Below, piece by piece: positions 42,243 through 51,908 of a stretch of 64,000 nt of DNA. Positions within the stretch are counted from its first letter, which is position 1; every line of letters begins with the position of its first letter. The position numbers and the translations under genes are program-made. This stretch comes from a virus: the UHGV virus genome UHGV-0010228; one strand, 5' to 3'. Under the pieces are notes generated by a model, which searched no databases, was not told the origin of the DNA, and worked only from the letters and a program-made list of their open reading frames with translations.

Positions 42243-42533
42243 ATGAGAAACATCGAAGAGATAAATTATGATACTAAACGTTTATACAGAACAGGAAAAA
42301 ATGACGCTTCTGTTGATTTAACAGCTTTAAAAGCTGCTGCAAAAGATCCAGCTTTTGTATCAGTGCGCCATCAGATTAGGCGCACACTCTTAAAACTAAA
42401 GGATCCGAGAAAAAACGGATCCCGACCAGAAATGCTTCGAGATACAAAACTCATTAACGAATTTTGTGTAACTAGAGGATATGAACCTCTAGTTACAGAT
42501 ATAATGCTTTCTAGCATTATATATGCATATTAA
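42243..42533 (+). CDS. small basic hypothetical protein (MRNIE... paralogue 1)
   Basis: 96 aa, AAGGAGG RBS; shares upstream block and first 5 residues with 43646. Confidence 0.5.
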   Translation: MRNIEEINYDTKRLYRTGKNDASVDLTALKAAAKDPAFVSVRHQIRRTLLKLKDPRKNGSRPEMLRDTKLINEFCVTRGYEPLVTDIMLSSIIYAY

Positions 42534-42535
42534 AA

Positions 42536-42567
42536 AATAAGAGATTTTAAATCTCTTATTTTTTTAA
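42536..42567 (+). terminator. rho-independent terminator
   Basis: aataagagattttaaatctcttatt + TTTTTT. Confidence 0.7.
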
Positions 42568-42633
42568 TATTTTTTATAAAAATATATTATTATAGTGATA
42601 ATTTACTATAATCAATTCAAGGAGGAAAATACT

Positions 42634-43125
42634 ATGAAAAAAAATTTGGTATCATTCATTGAAATGATGCTAGAGTCTATAATTATGCATTATAGACACA
42701 GTCATCCAAATCCAGAATTAGAAATGGATCAGATAACGTATGATGAGTTGTCGGATATGTTAAAAGACATTCGTGATATGGTTGATGAGAAATATCCACA
42801 TATGTCTGAAAAGATCAGAATATATGCTGATTCGCCAGTTATTAAAGACTCAATAACCAAATGGATTCTTCATGAGATTGAAGAATCTGGAGTTGACATT
42901 GAGCCATCCATTAAGAATATTGCTTTCTTAATGGATATATTTGAATTCGGATTGCACAATGGTGCAGTTCCGATAATAGGATTTAATACATATCTTAATA
43001 TGACTGATGAAGATATCGAAGATATGATTGATGAGTTTAATAATAATATGAATTCATCATACAATTGTAAAGAATGCAAAGAGAATAAAGGTAAAGTAAT
43101 ACCTTTATTCCCAGATAAAGAATAG
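42634..43125 (+). CDS. hypothetical acidic protein (start revised to ATG after AAGGAGGAAAA)
   Basis: track ORF 42595 starts 13 codons upstream without RBS; MKKNL... start has canonical RBS; C-terminal CxxC (CKECKENKG). Confidence 0.5.
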   Translation: MKKNLVSFIEMMLESIIMHYRHSHPNPELEMDQITYDELSDMLKDIRDMVDEKYPHMSEKIRIYADSPVIKDSITKWILHEIEESGVDIEPSIKNIAFLMDIFEFGLHNGAVPIIGFNTYLNMTDEDIEDMIDEFNNNMNSSYNCKECKENKGKVIPLFPDKE

Positions 43126-43138
43126 GAGGATAATTAAA

Positions 43139-43516
43139 ATGGAACTTAAGATGAATAAAGAAGAATTTAACTCGTTAGCTGGAATAATTAACGCAATTGG
43201 TGATAATGAAATTACTGATTGCTTCAATTCAATATTTGGTTCAGATCATATTCCAGAATGTGATCCACAGATAATAAAAGATGCTTCTGGAGAAAATATT
43301 GGTATGAACCTTGTTATTAAACCTGAAAATACGGTTAAATTATTTAAAACTATAGGTAGTCATGGTGATGATTTATCATCAATTGTTTCAATTATAAATA
43401 AACCAGAGGCTAAATCATCAATTAAATACCTAGGAGGTCTTGTGAGCCATGGACCTCAATTACTATCATCGTTTTCTAATATAGGTAAAGATATAAAAAA
43501 TCTTTTTAGAAAATAA
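43139..43516 (+). CDS. hypothetical protein
   Basis: 125 aa, TAGGAGGATAA RBS. Confidence 0.5.
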   Translation: MELKMNKEEFNSLAGIINAIGDNEITDCFNSIFGSDHIPECDPQIIKDASGENIGMNLVIKPENTVKLFKTIGSHGDDLSSIVSIINKPEAKSSIKYLGGLVSHGPQLLSSFSNIGKDIKNLFRK

Positions 43517-43533
43517 TAATTTCATTATATTAA

Positions 43534-43585
43534 TTACGGTATATTCTATATATAGAATATACCGTAATTTCTTTTTTTTTTTTTA
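43534..43585 (+). terminator. rho-independent terminator with long T-run
   Basis: attacggtatattctatatatagaatataccgtaat + T13. Confidence 0.7.
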
Positions 43586-43645
43586 TTAGTATATTATTAA
43601 AGTGAATAAATACAACTCATATAGTATAATAAGGAGGAAAATACT

Positions 43646-43843
43646 ATGAGAAATATTGAAGTCCCTAATAAAGAAAGAGCAACAATCTTAGTCAATATGA
43701 TAGATGCCATTGAATTTCAGGCATCAAATGGTTGGACAAAAGAAATGCTGACTGTTTATCTCGGATTGTGTGGAGAACTCCGTGTAATAATGGATGAATG
43801 GGAGCAAATCGAAAAAGATGAAGACTTAATTTTAATAAATTAA
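43646..43843 (+). CDS. small hypothetical protein (MRNIE... paralogue 2)
   Basis: 65 aa, AAGGAGGAAAA RBS, duplicated upstream block. Confidence 0.45.
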   Translation: MRNIEVPNKERATILVNMIDAIEFQASNGWTKEMLTVYLGLCGELRVIMDEWEQIEKDEDLILIN

Positions 43844-43851
43844 GTCTTCAA

Positions 43852-43888
43852 AAATAAACAGGATAATGTCCTGTTTATTTTTTTTTTC
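43852..43888 (+). terminator. rho-independent terminator
   Basis: aaataaacaggataatgtcctgtttattt + T-run. Confidence 0.7.
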
Positions 43889-43935
43889 TAAACTCTTTTA
43901 TAAATAAAATACAATAGAAAGGAACATAATGTGAT

Positions 43936-44817
43936 ATGGGAATATTATCTGATTTTGAATATGAAGTATATGAAGCTGAGGAATCTTCAGTGGTAATATC
44001 TGGAATGAATGCTAAATTTGCTAATAAAATAGCTCATAGAATGCCAGAATTAACTAATGGGGATAAGCTTAAGAAAGAAGCTAAAAAGCTTTATAAAGAT
44101 GATCCAGAAGGTGCAATTGCTAAAATGGAAGAAGCACTTGGCTTGTATAGTAAATTATTAGCTAGAATTAATAAACACGATCAGGATCATCCTAATGCTG
44201 CTAAATCGTCATCAAAAGCATATATTGAATACTGTGTTGATTCATGTAGAGCATATTTAATTAAATGGAAAAATCATGATGAAAGAAAAATAAAAGCGAT
44301 CATTAATGATTTAAGAAATGAAAGAGAATCAATTGGTAAATCAACTGAAAGTTGGTACTCTGATTATGGCTATTTAGATACAGAAGCAACAGAAGGACTA
44401 AAAAATAAGATTCTTACAACGACAGATGATTTTAAGAATAAATTTGCGAAACGCCCATCAGGATTCCGTAGTGATGAAGATGCAGTATGGGCATTCTTAC
44501 TTAGTTCTATAGATCAGCATTCTGTTGATAGTAAAGATCTTCAAACAACATTAGATAGTCTTGATAGAGACATTAATTATTTTTGCTATAAAAAGCAGTT
44601 AACCTGTGCTATGAAAAGATATTCAAATTTAATCGACTCTTCAAATAAACCAACCGGTAAAGTTGTACCATATGCAATACTAAATAAGCATGAAAAACCA
44701 TATATGGTAGTATGTATGTGTAATGGTAAATCTGGCGGATTTGCAATATCATATGTATATTCAGTAATTAATGAGGAGCCTCGTAAATCTCAGCTGTTAA
44801 AATTTTTATATGAATAA
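43936..44817 (+). CDS. hypothetical protein, MGILSDFE-leader family
   Basis: 293 aa; N-terminus MGILSDFEYEV shared with 44864(-), 28511(-) and 59779; internal AKMEEALGLYSK related to the MEGLISK motif. Confidence 0.55.
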   Translation: MGILSDFEYEVYEAEESSVVISGMNAKFANKIAHRMPELTNGDKLKKEAKKLYKDDPEGAIAKMEEALGLYSKLLARINKHDQDHPNAAKSSSKAYIEYCVDSCRAYLIKWKNHDERKIKAIINDLRNERESIGKSTESWYSDYGYLDTEATEGLKNKILTTTDDFKNKFAKRPSGFRSDEDAVWAFLLSSIDQHSVDSKDLQTTLDSLDRDINYFCYKKQLTCAMKRYSNLIDSSNKPTGKVVPYAILNKHEKPYMVVCMCNGKSGGFAISYVYSVINEEPRKSQLLKFLYE

Positions 44818-44821
44818 TTAA

Positions 44822-44863
44822 TAATAAACGTGTAATAGGATTAATCCTATTACACGTTTATTA
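44822..44863. terminator. bidirectional terminator
   Basis: taataaacgtgtaataggattaatcctattacacgtttatta. Confidence 0.7.
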
Positions 44864-45454
44864 TTAATTAATTTCTGGTCGTTCATATTCTAATAAATAC
44901 TTAACTAATCCAGATTTATTATACCTGAGAACTCTAGGTTTTCCATATTCTTTCTTTGGTTTCAATACAAATAAATATTTTGTTTCATTCTCATACATAT
45001 CTGATGATGTTATAACCCCAACAAGTACATCATTTACTGTGATATAATTTAATTTAAATGATTTTCTATCAAGATCTCTATTTTTCTTCTTTTCTGGATC
45101 GTAATTTAATTTTTTATTTTCATCATCATATGATAAAGCAGCATTCATATCTGCGATTTTTTCATCTTTAATCAATCCACGAACATAATCTTCCATATAT
45201 TTTTTAGCATTTGGATAGAACCTGTCTACTCCTACACATTTAATGTATCTACTAATTATCTCCTCATTATCTAATTCATAAATTTCATCGAATTTGGCTC
45301 TTTTAGCAGCATTCATTTTACGGTGATTATTGATTTTTTCTTTAAATTTACTAATTAATCCTTCCATAGCATCAATTTCTGAATATTTATTATCATATGA
45401 TTCTTTAGCATCTTTGATCAATTCATTATTTTCAAAATCAGATAATATTCCCAT
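44864..45454 (-). CDS. hypothetical protein carrying both MGILSDFE leader and EIDAMEGLISK motif
   Basis: 196 aa, AGGAGGTAATT RBS; MGILSDFENNELIKDAKESYDNKYSEIDAMEGLISKFKEK. Confidence 0.55.
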   Translation of the reverse strand: MGILSDFENNELIKDAKESYDNKYSEIDAMEGLISKFKEKINNHRKMNAAKRAKFDEIYELDNEEIISRYIKCVGVDRFYPNAKKYMEDYVRGLIKDEKIADMNAALSYDDENKKLNYDPEKKKNRDLDRKSFKLNYITVNDVLVGVITSSDMYENETKYLFVLKPKKEYGKPRVLRYNKSGLVKYLLEYERPEIN

Positions 45455-45469
45455 AAGTTAATTACCTCC

Positions 45470-46756
45470 TTATTTACGCTTTTCTAATTGGTTCATAATT
45501 CTAGCAACATTTCTGTCACTAATTTTTTTATCATAGTTTTTAAGACTAGAACCTTGATTCACTAAATATACATCTTTCATTTTCGTTAAGTCAACAGGTT
45601 TAGTCATTGCTGCACGATCATTAGTCCTTTGATGATCTGAATTCAATATCATCGCAATAAATTCAGAGCAGAAAAGTTTACCTTTAGATTCAGGATTCAT
45701 TCCCATAGCATATTTCACTAATCCTCTAAGATTATATTTTAATTCTTTATCGTTTTTCATGATATTATATAAATTCTTTTTCATTTTAAGATATTCATCA
45801 TGTGGTACAAAAACTGCATATAATGCGTACTTTATGTCTCGTTCCTTAAAGAAAGCGTCTCGAATATCTTCCCTAGTAAACCCATTTGCAAATGGCTTAT
45901 TAGAATATTTAGTACCAAATGAAAATAGTGAATTTAGTGATGTATCAAATGATAATGATGAGTGTGAATATTCATCTTTAGTATACTTCTGTATAGCATT
46001 ACTAAGAGGTGTACCAGTGTGCATAACCAAAACATATACAGGATATAATTTTTCTTTGTAAATTTCATTTTTCGAAGATTCTATAGAATCTTTCTTATAT
46101 GATTTAAGCTTATTTTCAAATTTATTAAGAGCATTATACATATCCCTATACCATGTTGATCTCCAATTTGATCTTGGCTGACCAACATCTTCGAAGAATC
46201 TTTTTAAGCGATTGCTTCCTTCACGAATATTTGCTCTCTTATTTGATGTATATTTAGAAGTCTCTTTAACTATAATAGGATAGTTCTTTACAATATCAAA
46301 TAGTGCAGGATTCATGAATATATCAATGCTTTCAATAACCATTCGCTGATGATTCGAATTTAAAATAAAATGCATAAATTCACGTATAGCAGCAGATCTT
46401 TTAAATATCACTGTATATCTATTAATATCTTTATTATATTTACAGTATTTTGATCCTGGGCCTTTTATCCATGCAACTAAATATTTCGCAATCGGATTCT
46501 TCTTTGATCCTTCATTATCTGTCTTATTTAAATATCTCATAATATCTTCAGCACTAAACCAATCTAAATTAATATGATCACATTTAAATTTATTAGCAAT
46601 TCTTGAAGCAGTTGTACTTTTACCTGATCCAGATAATCCAGTTATAATAAGAACTTTTGCTTCACCACTAACCCATCTATCGTAATCTACATACATATCA
46701 GTTTCAGAGAATAATTGTCGTACCTCTAACGCAGGATCGTAAATCTTATTTTCCAT
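45470..46756 (-). CDS. P-loop NTPase/kinase-like protein (N-terminal Walker A) with C-terminal domain containing a His...Cys-Ser-x-Phe motif (possible permuted papain-like hydrolase)
   Basis: KVLIITGLSGSGKSTTASRIANKF Walker A resembling T4 Pnk/AAA_33 kinases; C-terminal VLVMHTGT ... GKLFCSEFIAMIL; AGGAGGTATAATT RBS. Confidence 0.6.
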   Translation of the reverse strand: MENKIYDPALEVRQLFSETDMYVDYDRWVSGEAKVLIITGLSGSGKSTTASRIANKFKCDHINLDWFSAEDIMRYLNKTDNEGSKKNPIAKYLVAWIKGPGSKYCKYNKDINRYTVIFKRSAAIREFMHFILNSNHQRMVIESIDIFMNPALFDIVKNYPIIVKETSKYTSNKRANIREGSNRLKRFFEDVGQPRSNWRSTWYRDMYNALNKFENKLKSYKKDSIESSKNEIYKEKLYPVYVLVMHTGTPLSNAIQKYTKDEYSHSSLSFDTSLNSLFSFGTKYSNKPFANGFTREDIRDAFFKERDIKYALYAVFVPHDEYLKMKKNLYNIMKNDKELKYNLRGLVKYAMGMNPESKGKLFCSEFIAMILNSDHQRTNDRAAMTKPVDLTKMKDVYLVNQGSSLKNYDKKISDRNVARIMNQLEKRK

Positions 46757-46840
46757 GAATTATACCTCCTCAATTAATAATAAGTTTAAACATTTGAGTA
46801 AAATATCAGATAATATCTCGAAGATAGGAGGTTAAAATAG

Positions 46841-48202
46841 ATGGAAGAAAAAATATTAGAAATGATGGATTCTGCATTTTTTGATTATAGTGTTGGAAAA
46901 TACTCACGTGATACTTTTGAAGAAAGGTTTGCTAAGATTATTTCATCACTACCATTAAAGAAAAAGAAGAATTTCACAGTTTCTATAATAAATGAAAAAA
47001 ATCGTGAACCATTTTTTGGTTTTAGAATATTTCCAATATCATCATCAATGGATGAAATTGCTAATATAATGGCAGATGAAAAGATTTCATTTAAAGAGTT
47101 ATATAAGCGATGGAGTAATATTGATTCATGGTATATGGAAATAGATGCTAACGTATTTAATCGAACTGTGTGTAATTTCACTCCTAAAGAATTAACAGCA
47201 ATGACTTTACACGAAATAGGTCATACTATATATTCAGATAAATTTTTAGTTACATTATATAATGCATTTAAAGAAGCTAGAGTAAGAATGAAGATTGCGG
47301 ATAAATCTTCATTAAAAGTTTTGTATTCATTATATATGGTACCATTATCTATAGGATGTATGCAGAGAGCATTTGTTAACTCTAAAAATGAAGTAGAGAT
47401 CGAATATTACGCGGATAAAGTATTATCAAAATATGGATATACTGATAGTTTATTATCTGCTTTAGATAAAGTAATTAAAGCATATGGATCTCAGAATCAG
47501 AGTAATGCATCAAAAATGAACGATATTATACAGTCAATTCAGTGGTGTGATCTTAATATAACAGATCTTAATAGACGTAAAGAAAAACTTAAGGATGAGT
47601 TATATTATCAATCTTTAAAGAATGAATCTCATTATTTTAAGGCAATATGCTTCCAAATCTTAAATAAGTTTGGAGTAAGATTGAGAGAAAGATACACAGG
47701 AACTGTAGTTGAGTGTACTTTAGATATTATGTATCCGGATTCTAGATATGGTAACGATAAAGTTCCATGTATGGAATATTATAAATTAATATTAGATCCT
47801 GTTGAAAATGGTAAAATACTTAAGGCGTGGGATTTAAATAGATCTCATTATGGAGTAAGCGAAGCTATCGAAGGTATATTTGGTAGTAGAAATAGAAAAA
47901 ATAAAAAGATCAAATTGCCTTCAACTAGACAATTTGATGAAATTGAAGTTCAGATAAATTACAATATAACTAATTATCATGATAAGTTATTCATATTAGA
48001 TCAGATATATGATTTATCTGATCAGATCGATCTTTATGAAGAAATTTATCAGAATGATCCAGTTGTTATGAAACGTGATAGTGGTAAGATATCTGAATAT
48101 CGAAAGAAATTAGCCAAATTAAGAGCTGCGGTATTACAACAGCCATTACCAGATAATGAATTGAAGTTATTTGTAAAATATCCTAAAGGATATGAAGGAT
48201 AG
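46841..48202 (+). CDS. putative zinc metallopeptidase-like protein (HExxH)
   Basis: LTAMTLHEIGHTIYSDKF contains the zincin HExxH signature; TAGGAGG RBS; no other family assignment possible by eye. Confidence 0.55.
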   Translation: MEEKILEMMDSAFFDYSVGKYSRDTFEERFAKIISSLPLKKKKNFTVSIINEKNREPFFGFRIFPISSSMDEIANIMADEKISFKELYKRWSNIDSWYMEIDANVFNRTVCNFTPKELTAMTLHEIGHTIYSDKFLVTLYNAFKEARVRMKIADKSSLKVLYSLYMVPLSIGCMQRAFVNSKNEVEIEYYADKVLSKYGYTDSLLSALDKVIKAYGSQNQSNASKMNDIIQSIQWCDLNITDLNRRKEKLKDELYYQSLKNESHYFKAICFQILNKFGVRLRERYTGTVVECTLDIMYPDSRYGNDKVPCMEYYKLILDPVENGKILKAWDLNRSHYGVSEAIEGIFGSRNRKNKKIKLPSTRQFDEIEVQINYNITNYHDKLFILDQIYDLSDQIDLYEEIYQNDPVVMKRDSGKISEYRKKLAKLRAAVLQQPLPDNELKLFVKYPKGYEG

Positions 48203-48213
48203 TCATTCATTTG

Positions 48214-48267
48214 TTTTTTTTTTGTTATACATTATATTAATATTATATAATATAAGGAGGTATTATA
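48214..48267 (+). promoter_or_regulatory. conserved leader/promoter block of the MFDLYNTLESYNI family (copies also at 54269-54326 +, 50291-50350 -, 56033-56087 -)
   Basis: T-run then TATACATTATATTAATATTATATAATATAAGGAGGTATTATA immediately before ATG; four near-identical copies. Confidence 0.5.
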
Positions 48268-49386
48268 ATGTTTGATTTATATAATACATTAGAATCATAT
48301 AATATAATAGATAATGATTATGCATATGAAGGTATTATAGATAAAGTAAAAAATGTAGGTAGTACTATATGGGGATGGTTAAAGAAAATATGGGAAACTA
48401 TAACGAATAAATTAGGAGAATTAGGTAAAAAGATAAAGAAAGCGTGGGAATCTGTTAAAAACTTTATTAAAAATAGAGGAAATAAATCAATAGAAGAAGA
48501 AGATGAAGAAGAACCATATCCAGAAGAAAATGATGAAGATAATTTATCTACTTCTACATCTAATAAATTTGCTAAAGGTAGAGGTAAGAATATAAATAGA
48601 AGAAGATTAAAAAGTGATGATAAAGAAGAAGATAAGTCAGTAGTTAAAAGTTTACCAGAGCCTGAAAAGACTAGTAGATATAAAAGTCCTAAATTAAAAG
48701 GCGGCAAAGTCACAGTAAATCCAGATCCAACCTCAGATGGAAATAAACCTAGAACTCGTATAGTGCGAGCTGGAAACGGTACAAATTATAATGCAATATT
48801 TCATCCAGATGGGAGTTTGAATAGAGAGTTAAATATAGCTATGAAGTTACTTTTAGAAGTGGCAACTCAGATTAATGTTAAATCTAAATGGTACAAAGAA
48901 TTATTATCAGTATATAGTGCTGAAGCAAAAATTGGTGATAAAGTTGGCGATGCAGAAGATCTTGAAGAAAAAACCAACAAAATGCTGCAAAATTCACCCA
49001 TAAATAATGAAGATATTGACGATTATTTAAATGATCTTGAAAATAAAATTTCAAATAAAGGTTATATTAGATTAACATCTAAAATTCCAGGAGTTGAAAA
49101 ATATTATCAAATGATATATACATCAATTTCGAAATTACAACAGTCAACTGGAGTTATATTGAATCAAATAAATAAAAAACTTGGTGAATTTAAAAGTAAA
49201 CATAGTAAATATGAATTTACGGCTAAGAATAGTAATGGCATAAATATGGAGTATATTCGCTTTAAAGGTAGTAAAAGTGGTTCTGATATTCATAAGAGTA
49301 TCCTTGATAATACTAAAAAACTTTCATCATTATATAGTCGTATCATAAGCATTACTTCTAAAATGATAATATCACCAAGCAAATAG
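48268..49386 (+). CDS. hypothetical protein, MFDLYNTLESYNI-leader family member 1
   Basis: 372 aa; N-terminus MFDLYNTLESYNIIDNDYAYEGIIDKVKNVG shared with 49442, 50388, 54327, 56128; Lys/Glu-rich middle. Confidence 0.6.
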   Translation: MFDLYNTLESYNIIDNDYAYEGIIDKVKNVGSTIWGWLKKIWETITNKLGELGKKIKKAWESVKNFIKNRGNKSIEEEDEEEPYPEENDEDNLSTSTSNKFAKGRGKNINRRRLKSDDKEEDKSVVKSLPEPEKTSRYKSPKLKGGKVTVNPDPTSDGNKPRTRIVRAGNGTNYNAIFHPDGSLNRELNIAMKLLLEVATQINVKSKWYKELLSVYSAEAKIGDKVGDAEDLEEKTNKMLQNSPINNEDIDDYLNDLENKISNKGYIRLTSKIPGVEKYYQMIYTSISKLQQSTGVILNQINKKLGEFKSKHSKYEFTAKNSNGINMEYIRFKGSKSGSDIHKSILDNTKKLSSLYSRIISITSKMIISPSK

Positions 49387-49397
49387 ATTAATAATAT

Positions 49398-49435
49398 AAT
49401 AAATAGAATTACCTATATAGGTAATTCTATTTATT
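49398..49435. terminator. bidirectional terminator
   Basis: aataaatagaattacctatataggtaattctatttatt. Confidence 0.7.
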
Positions 49436-49441
49436 ATATTA

Positions 49442-50293
49442 TTAATCTACAACTTCAGCTTTGACATCAATTGGTTCATCACTAGTTACTTCTGCTCCAG
49501 ATAGATATTTTACAATATTAACAATTATCTGATAAGATTTTTTTAAATTATTTGAAATATTATTTATATGCTCAGTAGCATATTTATTGAATGCAGCATT
49601 GTAATCTTTAGAATTCTCAACTGTTTTATTGAAGTTAATTGATTGGACTACTTTCATATGAGCATCGCACACAGTATATTGATTGTGTAATACAGTACCA
49701 ATACTTTTTAAATTGTGTTCAGATAGCATATAATCATGTGGGGCCAATTTCAATTGCTCACTAACAACACTATACGCATGATCACATCTATCCTTATATT
49801 TACGAATATCTAACACAATATTTTTACTAGATGATTCACGAAGAGCATCCGATTCAACTTTATTGATAGGTACTTCCCCACCCGTGGATGGGTCTGATGT
49901 TTTTGTGATATATTTACAAATCCCTGCTAAATATTTATCTCCCCCAACTACAATTTTTAAATATTTAGCACTGAGATTAACCAATTTTATTATTTTCTTA
50001 CCAGCGTGAATCTTGTTCATCTGTGTACTAGCAATCTTTCTACCTATTTTAGTATTACTAAGTTTAGATTTTAGCGTGGTAATTCCAGTTTTTAATACAC
50101 TCATAATCTTTTTTATAATACCAGCAATAAAACCAACTGCTCTATCTATTATTTTAGCAATTTTTGATGATGCGATCTTAGTTAATTTACCACTTGCAGC
50201 TCTAGCATCGTTATCAATTTCTAAATACCTTTCATATGCATAATCATTATCTATTATATTATATGATTCTAATGTATTATATAAATCAAACAT
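49442..50293 (-). CDS. hypothetical protein, MFDLYNTLESYNI-leader family member 2
   Basis: 283 aa; MFDLYNTLESYNIIDNDYAYERY...; conserved leader block upstream on minus strand. Confidence 0.6.
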   Translation of the reverse strand: MFDLYNTLESYNIIDNDYAYERYLEIDNDARAASGKLTKIASSKIAKIIDRAVGFIAGIIKKIMSVLKTGITTLKSKLSNTKIGRKIASTQMNKIHAGKKIIKLVNLSAKYLKIVVGGDKYLAGICKYITKTSDPSTGGEVPINKVESDALRESSSKNIVLDIRKYKDRCDHAYSVVSEQLKLAPHDYMLSEHNLKSIGTVLHNQYTVCDAHMKVVQSINFNKTVENSKDYNAAFNKYATEHINNISNNLKKSYQIIVNIVKYLSGAEVTSDEPIDVKAEVVD

Positions 50294-50349
50294 TATAATA
50301 CCTCCTTATATTATATATAATATTAATATAATGTATAATAAAAAAAAAA

Positions 50350-50375
50350 CAAATGGTCTATTAATAGACCATTTG
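50350..50375 (-). terminator. rho-independent terminator for minus-strand gene
   Basis: caaatggtctattaatagaccatttg preceded on + strand by A10 (T-run on minus strand). Confidence 0.7.
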
Positions 50376-50387
50376 TTTAAATTTACT

Positions 50388-51086
50388 CTAAGCTAATAAC
50401 CTAGAAGGATCCTTAGTACCACCAGTTATAATAACCATTGACTTACTAAGGAATGAAATTCCGGCAGTAATTGATTTTTTAATATATCCGATATATGCAG
50501 TTAAGTTATGACTATCATTTGACTCATTGTATGAACGCTTAGCCTGAACAGCTTTTGTTAAAGTACTTTCAATTGTAGAATCTAAGCTACTAAGAGTCTG
50601 GATACCACTTGAAATTGCAGCTGCAAACTTATCTAAACGTGCAGGTGAATATACATTATTAGCAGTTCTCTTACCAACTTTTTCTCCTAATTCATTCATT
50701 GAGGTTATGTAATTAGAAATTTTATCTCCATAATCTTTTGCATTATCCGCAAAATTCTTACCAGACTTTAATCTACCACTAACAGCCTTAATAGAACCAG
50801 AAATTAACTTTACACCTTTAAGTGACATCTCAACATACTTAATTGGTGCTTTATCATTAATCTTTTCCTGAATCTTAGTTCCGATCTTAGTACTCTTAAG
50901 CTTATTGCTTAATTTGCTAAATTTTTCCTTTAATCCGTTAATTCTGTCTCTGAACCATTTCATTACTGCGGCAACAACTTTATTACTTTTAATTGCAGAA
51001 CCTGCATTAGAAAGTTTATCTTTAATTCCTTCTTCTGCAAGATCGATCTTATAAGATTCTAAAGTTTCAATTACATCGAACATCAT
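50388..51086 (-). CDS. hypothetical protein, divergent member of MFDLYNTLESYNI family (MMFDVIETLESYKIDLAEEGIKDK)
   Basis: 232 aa, AAAGGAGG RBS. Confidence 0.55.
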   Translation of the reverse strand: MMFDVIETLESYKIDLAEEGIKDKLSNAGSAIKSNKVVAAVMKWFRDRINGLKEKFSKLSNKLKSTKIGTKIQEKINDKAPIKYVEMSLKGVKLISGSIKAVSGRLKSGKNFADNAKDYGDKISNYITSMNELGEKVGKRTANNVYSPARLDKFAAAISSGIQTLSSLDSTIESTLTKAVQAKRSYNESNDSHNLTAYIGYIKKSITAGISFLSKSMVIITGGTKDPSRLLA

Positions 51087-51098
51087 AATACCTCCTTT

Positions 51099-51908
51099 CT
51101 ACCACTCAAAATCGTCATCGAAATCATCATACTCTTCAAATGCAGAATCGAAGTCGTCATCAAAATCAAACCATGACTCTTCAGCATCTTCATCATCGAG
51201 ATCTTCATCGTCGTCATCTTTCTTCTTTTTTCTACCAAAAAGCTTCTTTCTCTTTTTAGACTTCTTATTATCTTCATCATCCGATTCATCAGAATCTACA
51301 TCTTCATCGAGATCTTCATCTTCATCATCGCCCTTTTTCTTTTTCTTGAGCTTTTCCTTAGCCTTACTAATGATACCTTCCATTGCAAGAAGCATAACTT
51401 CTTCATCATCAAGACCTGTAGATTCACCAGCAGCATGAACTAAAGTTCCTGCCTTACCCCAACTGCCATCTCCAGGGAAATCAGTAAGTTCCTGATATCT
51501 TTCTTCAGCAAGAGTTTTACAACCAGCAAGAAGTTCTTTAATAGCAGCTAATTCTTCATACTCAATATCATCACTGTCGCTAACAACTCCAGCAGGCATA
51601 AGCTTAAGAGCTTTACACTGAGCCTTTAACTTAGCTGCACCATTTGATATGATAGCGTGAGCATCTTCCTTACTAATAAGGCCTGAATTACATTCTCCAT
51701 AAGCATTCTGAATTTCGGTGATTAATTCATTAAATTCAACAATCTCGTGAGATATATCATCTAAGAAATTCTTTGCCTGTTCAGGAGTTGTAAGACTAGA
51801 AGCAATATTACTTCTAATGATCTTTAACAGATCGCTAACTCTCGTTTCTGCATGACAGAAGAAACCTTCATCAGCGATATCAAAATCATTGAAATCGTCG
51901 TAATACAT
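51099..51908 (-). CDS. hyper-acidic protein with alternating poly-Lys and poly-Asp/Glu blocks and internal LLAMEGIISK motif
   Basis: 269 aa, AAAGGAGGAATAAA RBS; C-terminal KKKKKGDDEDEDLDEDVDSDESDDEDNKKSKKRKKLFGRKKKKDDDDEDLDDEDAEESWFDFDDDFDSAFEEYDDFDDDFEW. Confidence 0.6.
   Translation of the reverse strand: MYYDDFNDFDIADEGFFCHAETRVSDLLKIIRSNIASSLTTPEQAKNFLDDISHEIVEFNELITEIQNAYGECNSGLISKEDAHAIISNGAAKLKAQCKALKLMPAGVVSDSDDIEYEELAAIKELLAGCKTLAEERYQELTDFPGDGSWGKAGTLVHAAGESTGLDDEEVMLLAMEGIISKAKEKLKKKKKGDDEDEDLDEDVDSDESDDEDNKKSKKRKKLFGRKKKKDDDDEDLDDEDAEESWFDFDDDFDSAFEEYDDFDDDFEW

Noticed and set aside
42403-42424. GGATCCG-N8-CGGATCC inverted repeat inside gene 42243..42533
   Set aside because: It is a short coding-region palindrome with no flanking T-run, so it is not a terminator or an obvious regulatory site.
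51083-51289. 68-aa Met/Lys-rich ORF
   Set aside because: It is an alternative frame of the acidic protein gene 51099..51908. It reflects that gene's GAA/GAT repeats.
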